DNA of 57,812 nt from a virus. Below the pieces are notes generated by a model, which was given only the letters and a program-made list of their open reading frames with translations, did not search any database and was not told where the DNA came from. Positions within the stretch are counted from its first letter, which is position 1. Each line of letters starts with the position of its first letter. Below are positions 49,402-57,812 of this stretch, piece by piece. A program made the position numbers and the translations under genes. Location: the IMG/VR virus record IMGVR_UViG_3300028964_000004; one strand, given 5' to 3'.

Positions 49402-52400
49402 TTAAACTCCACAATAATTTAAAATCCAGTATGTCCCATCAAAGACAAACATAAATAGGTCTGAGTTATTACCTAAAGTAGCTGACGATAATACTTTGTT
49501 TGAGTAAATACTATTTGTTCCACCATAAATAGTTACACTTCCATTCCTTCTACGAACATAGATAAATCGCCCAACCTCTGGATATCCTGGAAGGGTCACA
49601 TTTATACTACCAGAATTAGTACATACAACAAAGCAATCACTACTATCCAAAGCGATAGATGATGATATAACCCGAGTTCTAAATATTAACCCCTGAGTCA
49701 TCTTGACGATACCATTTGTAATCAACTTACTATTGATATTGACTGCTACGGTGCCTGCAAGATTTATATTTGTACCGTTCAAATCCACATAGCTATTACC
49801 TGATGTAGATATAGATGCTCCACCGTCATTACGAGTTATAGTAATCATCTGAGGTATTATAATAACCTGACCGGAAGAATTTTTCATCGTAATCACAGTA
49901 GATAGTCCATCTGAATACAATCCGTTATCTTGAATCGTAAAATACCCAATTTGAGCACCATTCGTTACCGTAATGTTTCCTGTTGTAATTCGACCAGCCG
50001 CTAAGGCATTGGTAACGATTGCGGTTGCATCTATCAAGTTCGTTCGAATCAATCCACCATTGATAATAGTTTTTCCCTGAGTAGCATACGAAGCCATTTG
50101 GTCATACGAAGAATATCCGAGTTTTGTTGCGAAATCATTCTGCAAGTTACGCATAGCGGTAGCGTCCAAGAATCCCTGCGGTCCTTGAGGTCCTTGTGGA
50201 CCAGTTGCACCCTGAGGACCCTGTGGCCCTGGAAGCCCTTGCGGACCTCTATCTCCTTGCGGACCTTTAGCACCGGTATCTCCTTTAGGCCCCTGAGATC
50301 CCTGTGGTCCCTGCGGGCCAATAGGACCAATAGATCCGGTAGCACCAGTAGCACCGGTAGGTCCAGTTGGACCTTGGGGACCCTGCGGGCCTTGTGGTCC
50401 TGTATTACCCTTGAAATTTTGCTGCTCGGATGCCGACAAGCCGGAAAAAGTAACCATGCCTGCAATACTGATATCCTGCCCGAATATATTGATAGCACCC
50501 GGCTTAATAGTGATTCCAGTTTTTAATTCATCCTTTGTAGGAGTGTCATCAATAGAGCCGGCATCGTAGACCGTGGCAAAGGCAAGGTACCAGGTGACGG
50601 GTAAACTGCCATCACCTCCTGCTAAATAAAAGAAGTTAGTTCCACTAAATGTACCACTTGAACCACATTTGACATAATACGCATATTCCTCCCAGTCACC
50701 GGTACCAACATTGTTAGTAAGCCATTTTGATGTACCACCGTTACCTATGGCATTTGAACCCCATTCAATTGCTAGACCTGCGGGAATCCATGCGATAAAC
50801 CGGGTAATAAATACAGCGTTTGCACGTGATTTAGTGTTAAAAGTAAACCCACCTAAACCCGGTTCTACAGCCCCAGACGTCGTAATTTTAATTTTATATC
50901 CGGATTGATTAGGCAAATTAATATCTGCCGCTCTTTCAACTGCAACCATACCATTACCACTATTATTGTAGCTTCCAATGCCGTTCATCCCGCTCCTAAA
51001 CTCCGGATCACGATTCAACATCTTCCCCTTACTCATAGCAAGGGCAATCAAACGTGCATTGCCCGATACCGTTGATACAAGGTTGATATCCGTCTTGGTC
51101 TGAGAGATCTCAGTGCCCTGATTGGATACAACCTGTCCGAGAGCATCAAAGTCGGTTTGGGAGACTTTGCTTTCAATTAACCCTTTCGTTACTTTTATCT
51201 CTGAGTCGGTGTAGGTCTTGGCTATTTCTGATGCAGAACTTTCTATGTCATTGGCAGAAGGACTCCACGCAGTACCTACGTCGCCCTCAACGAGATTTAT
51301 GTTTTTATACGAAATGATTAACCCCTGCCCCGTACTTGTATTGTTTCCGGTGAATCCACACAGAAACATAAGGTCATTGAGAGTTACCCCGGAAGGAAGT
51401 ACGGCGGGTATCTCTAAGGTGATGTAATATCGGGTCCATTTCGCTTCATTGGGTAAATCGATAGTCTTATCGGCTATAAGTTTAGCAGTCGAACCCTCGT
51501 AATACCGAATATTGAAAAACAATCCTGTTGTATGGAAGTAATTCCCGCCTATACTAACATCTATTCCTAAAGTATACTTTTTACCCGGTGTTATGGCTGT
51601 CTTATCTACATTCATCCATTGCTTGTAACAGTTGAATGCGCCACTACCTAAAACTGTAACCCATCCATTTGATGTAGCGTTATAATTTAGACTTACATTT
51701 GACAGATAATCAGATTGATTAAACCAATATTCACTTGAGCCATTTAATATGTTACTTGAACCAATATTCAGTTTACTCACCTCACCCTTCACAGCCAACG
51801 TAATCTGCCCGAACAAAGCCTCCATAATCGTGTCAGTCTCAATCTTAACCTTTTCCCCAACATAAGAATATGAAGCAGAGTTGATAGCGTCTATAATTAC
51901 CCTCTGCTGATCATAATAAGCCTGTTGAAGAGTCTTGAATGAAGCGCTAACCGGTATGTTCTCTGGCTCGCTCGCCGAATGTGTTTCAAGCACATGATAG
52001 TAATCGTTGAAAGCATTCCGATAAGCAACGGTATCAATGCCATACCGTGTTGCATTAGCCAGAATAGAATCTCTTTCCGCTTTCAAAGCCTCCATTTCCT
52101 GCTTTAACGCGGTCTTTTCGGTTGGTGATATGACACCATCATCCGCCCAGGTGTTCAATCTGTCCTGGGCTGCTTTCGCATCGGTTTTGGCGATGTCTAT
52201 TTCCTTGTTGGTTGACTCAAACTCCTGCTCGATGGTCTTTCCGTTGCGAAGGATGAAGATGCCTTTGAAATAACCGTTATTTGTATATACACCATTATCG
52301 TGCGGCTGCATATTATCCGGAAAATCCGGGTCAGTTATATGATCTAAATTCCCAAATACAGAGCGAGACGCTCCGGCAAATGACTTAGTCTTGACTCCAC

Positions 52401-53715
52401 CTAATATCTCAATCTTAGGCTTGCCATCCTCGGCAGCTGACATATATATCAAGCTCTGACGAAGAGGATTCTCAGTATTACCCATCTGTACAACTTCATC
52501 ACCTACTACTGGTATAATTCCTTCAAACTCAGACTTTGGAATAGTTACGAGATTACCATTTACACTCGCAACTTCGCACCAATAGTATTTACCTTTTTTA
52601 GATGATGTATCCTCCATTTTTTGAGTAACAGTAACCTTTCCGTTACCATGTCCGGAATCTAATACAATCATTATACCAAGGTTGTATATCTCTTCGGATA
52701 CATTGATGGCACGAATTACATTCTCGCCATTTGTCAAAAGCCCTCCTACAGTATCAGAACCGATTCCATCCTTTGATAAACCACTCCATACAGCCATAGC
52801 ACCATCATACAAACCAGATATTTCTAATTTGCATTCTTTAGTCGTTATAGGAGCATCTGCTACATGTCCCTCTGGATACATGTAAAGTTGAAAGCCTGAA
52901 TTTGCTGAATTATTCATGCTAAACTCAATGCTTGTGTTCGTTATCTTTACGCTATCATCTATGGCTGAACCATCATATAAATAGGCTGTAAATTTTGTAA
53001 AATCAAAAGCCGGTGACTGGATTATTCTTCTATCAAATACTTGACACCTCACTAAGTCGTGCGCCTGGAATGTTTCATCTTCATCCTCAAATTCAAGAAT
53101 CCAAGATTGCAAATCAGAAGTCTCAGTAACTGCACTGACTTTACCGTTCGCTTGGCTTATAACAAGAGCACCATTTATTGAACGTACTTTCTGTATAAGC
53201 AACTCAAATACATTCATAACTTTCCTCACATCTAGAATATCACATTCTATATGCCAGTTGCCATACTCGTCTTTATATATTTTAAAGCCTTCGCCTGTGA
53301 ATCCCGGAACAAACTTCGGAGAAGAGATGTATTCCTTCAATATAGCTGCGGCAGCGTTTAATATGCCATCCTCAGAGAGAGAAGCGGTAGGCTCTGCCTG
53401 AGATTGGTCCCAACCGGTTTCAATGCCACCACGGATGGTCAGTTTGTAAGGGGTGGTGTCGTTTTGGTCTTTCCGGAGAAAAACCTTTTTCAAAGCCTCC
53501 ATGTCAACATCCGCAGCAAGCTTAAATGCTACTACATTATCCCTGTTGGTACGTATAAATATAGCCGGATCTTCGTCTGCATTACAGATATAAAATTCTC
53601 CTTGATTAAGCCCTTCCAAATGCGACATAGAATCAGGAGAAATGACGGGAGCTTTTGCTTTCCCATTTTCAATTTCTGAACCAAACCATTGTATTTTGCT
53701 TATATTCTTTTTCAT
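49402..53715 (-). CDS. Large tail fibre / host-specificity protein, 1437 aa, with a collagen-like segment
   Basis: It is the largest ORF, lies in the distal tail module, and contains 26 uninterrupted G-X-Y triplets. Confidence 0.8.
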   Translation of the reverse strand: MKKNISKIQWFGSEIENGKAKAPVISPDSMSHLEGLNQGEFYICNADEDPAIFIRTNRDNVVAFKLAADVDMEALKKVFLRKDQNDTTPYKLTIRGGIETGWDQSQAEPTASLSEDGILNAAAAILKEYISSPKFVPGFTGEGFKIYKDEYGNWHIECDILDVRKVMNVFELLIQKVRSINGALVISQANGKVSAVTETSDLQSWILEFEDEDETFQAHDLVRCQVFDRRIIQSPAFDFTKFTAYLYDGSAIDDSVKITNTSIEFSMNNSANSGFQLYMYPEGHVADAPITTKECKLEISGLYDGAMAVWSGLSKDGIGSDTVGGLLTNGENVIRAINVSEEIYNLGIMIVLDSGHGNGKVTVTQKMEDTSSKKGKYYWCEVASVNGNLVTIPKSEFEGIIPVVGDEVVQMGNTENPLRQSLIYMSAAEDGKPKIEILGGVKTKSFAGASRSVFGNLDHITDPDFPDNMQPHDNGVYTNNGYFKGIFILRNGKTIEQEFESTNKEIDIAKTDAKAAQDRLNTWADDGVISPTEKTALKQEMEALKAERDSILANATRYGIDTVAYRNAFNDYYHVLETHSASEPENIPVSASFKTLQQAYYDQQRVIIDAINSASYSYVGEKVKIETDTIMEALFGQITLAVKGEVSKLNIGSSNILNGSSEYWFNQSDYLSNVSLNYNATSNGWVTVLGSGAFNCYKQWMNVDKTAITPGKKYTLGIDVSIGGNYFHTTGLFFNIRYYEGSTAKLIADKTIDLPNEAKWTRYYITLEIPAVLPSGVTLNDLMFLCGFTGNNTSTGQGLIISYKNINLVEGDVGTAWSPSANDIESSASEIAKTYTDSEIKVTKGLIESKVSQTDFDALGQVVSNQGTEISQTKTDINLVSTVSGNARLIALAMSKGKMLNRDPEFRSGMNGIGSYNNSGNGMVAVERAADINLPNQSGYKIKITTSGAVEPGLGGFTFNTKSRANAVFITRFIAWIPAGLAIEWGSNAIGNGGTSKWLTNNVGTGDWEEYAYYVKCGSSGTFSGTNFFYLAGGDGSLPVTWYLAFATVYDAGSIDDTPTKDELKTGITIKPGAINIFGQDISIAGMVTFSGLSASEQQNFKGNTGPQGPQGPQGPTGPTGATGATGSIGPIGPQGPQGSQGPKGDTGAKGPQGDRGPQGLPGPQGPQGATGPQGPQGPQGFLDATAMRNLQNDFATKLGYSSYDQMASYATQGKTIINGGLIRTNLIDATAIVTNALAAGRITTGNITVTNGAQIGYFTIQDNGLYSDGLSTVITMKNSSGQVIIIPQMITITRNDGGASISTSGNSYVDLNGTNINLAGTVAVNINSKLITNGIVKMTQGLIFRTRVISSSIALDSSDCFVVCTNSGSINVTLPGYPEVGRFIYVRRRNGSVTIYGGTNSIYSNKVLSSATLGNNSDLFMFVFDGTYWILNYCGV
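50173..50409 (-). repeat. Collagen-like G-X-Y repeat region (26 triplets) within the tail fibre gene
   Basis: Reads [79 protein letters not shown]. It generates spurious ORFs in other frames. Confidence 0.9.
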
Positions 53716-53716
53716 G

Positions 53717-54589
53717 TCAAATTCGTGAAGTATTTATGAATGCCGCTTCGCTTTCTTTATATTTCAACATTTCCCCCTCCTTCGGGTTATTTACGACAAA
53801 ACCGACAATAGATGCGCTGCTCGCCTGCTCAGGAGCACCGCCAACACCGGAAATAGAATTTTCCTGTGGTTCCAATGCAATAGTCACGAAAAACATTTGG
53901 CTGTCTTCCATAACCTGACTTATCTCTGGAACAGAATTCTCGGACCTTACATATCTTTCTCCATTCACATCAAACATAGACACACACAATATCCGGTTAA
54001 GATGCCTTCCGAACCAATACGGGACACCACACGAGTTTCCTATTGTAAGTACATACGAATCATATGGAACAGCATATAACTCTTCTATTTCTTGTCTTTG
54101 ATTGCGGTATTGTTCATTATCTATCTTTGCGGAATATCCTGCCGGCTTAAACCCAGCTTCCACTCTCCATTCGAATACCTGTTGAGTATCTCCTATCCAG
54201 AAGATATTATCAAAAGCAGAATTATTATCTTTGTGTGAATAGCGAATCAATGCGGTTTCTTCCAAGATATTGGAATCGGAACATACTTCAAATGGCTCAG
54301 ATTCTTTCCTTTCAAAAGTTATACTATAGACTGAATCCGGAAGTGAAGTAAACACGACATAATACATCATAACAGATGCATTTACCTCATAAGTCTGGAA
54401 TTGGATATTGGAAGAAGTTCCTTTGATAAGATCGTTAAGAGAGGCTGAAGCTACTTCTCCGTCATCCGCAAATATTTGCAGGAGTATTTTATCAGTTGTA
54501 TGAAACCTCTGAATGTAATCTACATCGATTGCATATTTGTCCTTAACTGGCGAAAAGAACAATGGGCATATATCACCTATCTTAATCAT
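53717..54589 (-). CDS. Hypothetical baseplate/tail module protein, 290 aa
   Basis: ORF track. It lies 1 nt upstream of the fibre gene. Confidence 0.65.
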   Translation of the reverse strand: MIKIGDICPLFFSPVKDKYAIDVDYIQRFHTTDKILLQIFADDGEVASASLNDLIKGTSSNIQFQTYEVNASVMMYYVVFTSLPDSVYSITFERKESEPFEVCSDSNILEETALIRYSHKDNNSAFDNIFWIGDTQQVFEWRVEAGFKPAGYSAKIDNEQYRNQRQEIEELYAVPYDSYVLTIGNSCGVPYWFGRHLNRILCVSMFDVNGERYVRSENSVPEISQVMEDSQMFFVTIALEPQENSISGVGGAPEQASSASIVGFVVNNPKEGEMLKYKESEAAFINTSRI

Positions 54590-54641
54590 AGTCCTTTAGT
54601 CCGAATTTGGGTTACAAGCCTCTTGACCTGTGTTATCGTAG

Positions 54642-54649
54642 CAAATATA
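54642..54649 (-). promoter_or_regulatory. -7 box TATATTTG internal to the tail operon
   Basis: Plus strand reads caaatata, 53 nt upstream of the 54589 start. Confidence 0.35.
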
Positions 54650-54682
54650 TGAATTAAAAACGTAATTATGAACGATTTCACC

Positions 54683-56623
54683 TTATTTTATACTCTCTAC
54701 TATCAAAGTATATTTAGCAGCTTCAGAACGGCCGTAATTAAACTTACCGTCTTTAATATACCCATGATATGTTTCTCCTCCCTTCTCTATAGATATTAAT
54801 CCTGTGAGATCATCAGGAGCTTTCATATCTCCGGACTCTACTGAAACCTCGCCAACAGTAAACAGCCTCTCTCCTTCCGTCAACTGGATATCCGTTTTCT
54901 CGGATACTCCATCAATAACAACGTCACTGTTACCATCAGAAGACGCAAAGTCCAATGTGTTGGTAAATGCACCAATAAACTTCCGGTTAGCCTCTATCAT
55001 ATAACGTGGAGAGTATACAGCATTAAACATTGTATCGGGACTTATTACCCCGGAAATGGATGGACCACCATTTATCTTACGTATAAGACGGTATCCGCCA
55101 TCTATTGAAGCAAGCCTTGCATTAACAAAGAATACATCATTGTCGCTGTCACTATCCGTAGTATCCTCTCCCCTTTTCTGAACCAAAAACTCTATTCCGT
55201 ATGCGTCAGCCCGAAACGGACTTATCAATTCCAAGGTATTCTCAGTCAAGGTCACTCTGGTACTATATTCATTTGTGAAATGAAATTCATCACGTCCGTT
55301 CACACTGTCATAATCCTGCTTGTCATAACCGGACCGTACCCGGGAATAAATCAATGCAGAATTTACGTTGTATTCAAACGATTGTATATTGTCACCAAAA
55401 TCTTTTACTATGTTTTTTGAAAACAAGCTACTTCTATGTACAAATGTAACCTTGTCTTCCCCTATTACAGGAACAAACCCAAATTCCGCATTCATCCAAT
55501 CAACAAACTTTGTATATGAACAATACAATTTAGCATTCTTCAGACCTCTCGCACTCTCAGCAGGCACTATCATGCATTCATCCAACCTCTTGTCCACTCC
55601 TGAAGCGATCTCGCCTGTAATTCCTTCCTGCCCTCCATTTATACTTTGAAGAAGCCGGTTTAGAAGCTTGACAGGCGTAACTATATCAATGTTAACCGGT
55701 ATTATTCTTGCATCCCAATTTAGACTAATATAAGGGTCCCGGATAGTCAAAGTCATGTTATATGCCGAACCATATCTTATAAAACAATAATCCCCTTCAA
55801 GCAATGTTATATCTTTCATATATGAAAGTATAAATATGGTCTCAGGATGTTCGTCGTTAATAACAGTTCTGGTAAGCTCTGTTTCATTCCCATCTGCTCC
55901 GATTTTTACCAATGTCATAGACAATGCCTTATTTGCCGGAACATTAAACGAGATAGAGACACTTAAGAAGCAGGTAATATTCCTTTCCGCCCTGAAAAGG
56001 AAAGTGTCTTTACCACCATCAGATACGTTCTGCTGAAAAGTATCCCCATAGGTTATATATCCGCCTATTGAGGTCTCGCTTGATTTTACAGCCAACGGAA
56101 AGTATTTGGACTTTAATGCTGCCTGTATTTCAACCGATACATCCGTTGAATCCTCAATGCTATTCCCGGCAACCAACCAGTTTACATTTTGGTTCATTTC
56201 TATACCGTCATAGTACAAGTATTTGCCTTGTGTAATTTCGCTCACAGCATATTCATACTGTGTTCCCTTTTTAGCTTTTATCAATGCGGCCAGGCTGTCA
56301 TCTACAGCACTGATAGATATGGTATTCCCATTATCTTGAAATGTGGAGAAATCTAACGAACACCGGAATCTTTCATTCCATAACCAGCTATTATTTCTTG
56401 TGTAAAACACCACACTCGCAGATGCTTGCAGATATTTATCCCGGAATACGCGTTTTAATAAATTATATGCAGCATTAGAAAATTCAAACTTTGTAGAGAA
56501 CGATCTTACGACTCCATCATAATCCCCCCTCTTAAAAGAAGTGGTTATGTCATCCCAATTGACCAGGTTATCCGTTACCTGATACGAGTATCCATCAACT
56601 AACAACTCACATTTATAATACAT
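54683..56623 (-). CDS. Putative distal tail / baseplate hub protein, 646 aa
   Basis: Size, and position two genes downstream of the tape measure gene. Confidence 0.55.
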   Translation of the reverse strand: MYYKCELLVDGYSYQVTDNLVNWDDITTSFKRGDYDGVVRSFSTKFEFSNAAYNLLKRVFRDKYLQASASVVFYTRNNSWLWNERFRCSLDFSTFQDNGNTISISAVDDSLAALIKAKKGTQYEYAVSEITQGKYLYYDGIEMNQNVNWLVAGNSIEDSTDVSVEIQAALKSKYFPLAVKSSETSIGGYITYGDTFQQNVSDGGKDTFLFRAERNITCFLSVSISFNVPANKALSMTLVKIGADGNETELTRTVINDEHPETIFILSYMKDITLLEGDYCFIRYGSAYNMTLTIRDPYISLNWDARIIPVNIDIVTPVKLLNRLLQSINGGQEGITGEIASGVDKRLDECMIVPAESARGLKNAKLYCSYTKFVDWMNAEFGFVPVIGEDKVTFVHRSSLFSKNIVKDFGDNIQSFEYNVNSALIYSRVRSGYDKQDYDSVNGRDEFHFTNEYSTRVTLTENTLELISPFRADAYGIEFLVQKRGEDTTDSDSDNDVFFVNARLASIDGGYRLIRKINGGPSISGVISPDTMFNAVYSPRYMIEANRKFIGAFTNTLDFASSDGNSDVVIDGVSEKTDIQLTEGERLFTVGEVSVESGDMKAPDDLTGLISIEKGGETYHGYIKDGKFNYGRSEAAKYTLIVESIK

Positions 56624-56624
56624 A

Positions 56625-57200
56625 TTATTTTCTTTTTAATGATTTCAGACGCAAATCAACATCATCACACATCCTCTTTACCATATAGGCATATTCCTTT
56701 GCGGAAAATGAATCCGGATCAATATGCATATTGAAATGTTGCATTACGGCCACTCTTTCTCTCACAAAGTAATCCCTATCCATAATAGCCGACTTAGGGA
56801 GGTCGGATTGTTCTGACATGATCTTATCCACCCGAAATCTACTGTTAGATAAAATAGCTTCAATCCTGCTGCATATCTTATTGTGATCATTAGGATCAAG
56901 ACTATATCCTATATCATTAAGAATCAAACAAACCGTAGACCACTCCTTCTCTTCAGTAAGGTAACGGCAGCAGTTCATCAACTGTATCTTTATCACAAGG
57001 CTGATAATTTCATTCTTCTTAGAAACTTCAGCCAATATTCCCTTCTTCCCAACTATAGACATATATTCATTAACCAATCCGGACGCCGCTTTCTGCTTTT
57101 CATCTTCACTATAATCTCCTTCACACACGGCGTCCGAATTTCCACAAAATACATCTATGAATCTTCTGAGGGATATTCTATCAAGATCTGTGTATATCAT
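56625..57200 (-). CDS. Hypothetical tail module protein, 191 aa
   Basis: ORF track. It lies 1 nt after the tape measure stop. Confidence 0.6.
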   Translation of the reverse strand: MIYTDLDRISLRRFIDVFCGNSDAVCEGDYSEDEKQKAASGLVNEYMSIVGKKGILAEVSKKNEIISLVIKIQLMNCCRYLTEEKEWSTVCLILNDIGYSLDPNDHNKICSRIEAILSNSRFRVDKIMSEQSDLPKSAIMDRDYFVRERVAVMQHFNMHIDPDSFSAKEYAYMVKRMCDDVDLRLKSLKRK

Positions 57201-57201
57201 A

Positions 57202-57812
57202 TTAAATACGATTTGATATATTTCTTAGCTCGGCTTCTTTTGCAGCCTTCTTCTGGTATTTAGCCATCTTTTCAAACGAACGGTTTAACGACTGCATCTC
57301 ACGCTCCAACTTTCTATAATCATTATTCACATTCACAGTAATAGGCTCACCCATCCTCTCGGCATCCTTCATCAAAGCACCTATGTCTGAACGCAAGTTC
57401 ATGCTGCGATACAAAGCTAACCTGTCAAAAGGAGGCAGGAAATCACTGCGCCTCTCTATATCTACATCGGGAATAACCTTTGCCCGACGCGGCAAATCAA
57501 TCAAAGTAGGAACATTAGGAGTTATATAAGCTCCCCTGTCAGTTACAACAGCTTCATGTTTACCTCCATCTCCTACAATAGCTAACCCACCGGGATGGTT
57601 ATCTGTACCCTTAGCATATTTGGGAATAGGCTGAGCAATAATAGTCGCAAGCTGGGCAGCTCCCAATGCTCCAACCAATGCAGCCAGAACCATATTCGGG
57701 AGGGCCCTTGAAACAGCCAGTGCAGTAGCTATGATAGATTGACTGATCGCATTAGCCTTCTCCCATTTGGCCTGTTTCTGCTGGAGAGCCTCTTTCTTTT
57801 TCTCCAGTTCTT
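57202..57812 (-). CDS. Tail tape measure protein, C-terminal part (continuation of 1..3079 across the circular junction)
   Basis: The frame is open to the window end. Position 57714 corresponds to base 1, and the codon phase matches (3079 mod 3 = 1, 57693 mod 3 = 0, 57714 mod 3 = 0). The C-terminus includes a hydrophobic G/A-rich segment VLAALVGALGAAQLATIIAQPIP. Confidence 0.85.
   Translation of the reverse strand, partial: ELEKKKEALQQKQAKWEKANAISQSIIATALAVSRALPNMVLAALVGALGAAQLATIIAQPIPKYAKGTDNHPGGLAIVGDGGKHEAVVTDRGAYITPNVPTLIDLPRRAKVIPDVDIERRSDFLPPFDRLALYRSMNLRSDIGALMKDAERMGEPITVNVNNDYRKLEREMQSLNRSFEKMAKYQKKAAKEAELRNISNRI
57714..57812. repeat. Terminal direct repeat, copy 2 of 2
   Basis: Identical to 1..99. 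Confidence 0.9.

Noticed and set aside
50049-50526. ORFs 50049..50498 (-) and 50098..50526 (+)
   Set aside because: They are alternative-frame and antisense readings of the collagen-like G-X-Y repeat, which lacks stop codons in several frames.
1-57812. Stop-codon reassignment (suppressor tRNAs are common in gut phages)
   Set aside because: Long uninterrupted ORFs with the standard code cover almost the whole genome, including the late genes. The tRNA-like elements do not present CUA/UCA anticodons in a canonical loop.

Overview
The window is a complete, circularly closed phage genome. Bases 1..99 are identical to 57714..57812, so the unique length is 57,713 bp. It looks like a temperate siphovirus-like phage of a Bacteroidota host, based on recurrent TAnnTTTG -7 promoter boxes and Bacteroides-type integrase, repressor and lipoprotein signals. 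About 90% of genes are on the minus strand.

Gene order along the window:
- Tape measure gene spanning the window junction.
- HK97-type head module: tail-side genes, major capsid, prohead protease, portal (3.1-9.6 kb).
- A 7-kb accessory island between portal and terminase (9.6-16.6 kb). It carries hicAB, a Big_2 lipoprotein, a secreted protein, a BRO antirepressor and a HEPN / SecB-like operon.
- terL and terS.
- A long early/replication module (19-35 kb). It carries YopX, MazG-like, a second tyrosine recombinase, a replisome organizer, HNH, VRR-NUC, a PD-(D/E)XK nuclease and an SSB.
- Two non-canonical tRNA-like elements and a GC-rich ORF-poor stretch.
- Lysogeny module: XRE repressor, integrase and a second BRO.
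- A block of unknown genes, the lysis genes (amidase, holin, candidate u-spanin) and tail fibre/baseplate genes, including a 1437-aa collagen-repeat protein.

Most interesting observations:
1. A compact diversity-generating retroelement (RT, 68-nt TR, two VRs with strictly adenine-specific mismatches). It diversifies two small paralogous non-structural-looking proteins, and no recognisable Avd is present.
2. A HEPN / unknown / SecB-like operon in which the middle protein ends in GENYALAA, an SsrA-tag-like degron.
3. Two tRNA-like RNAs with identical G3:U70 (alanine-identity) acceptor stems but aberrant anticodon regions.

All family assignments come from motif recognition by eye. No database search or folding program was run.
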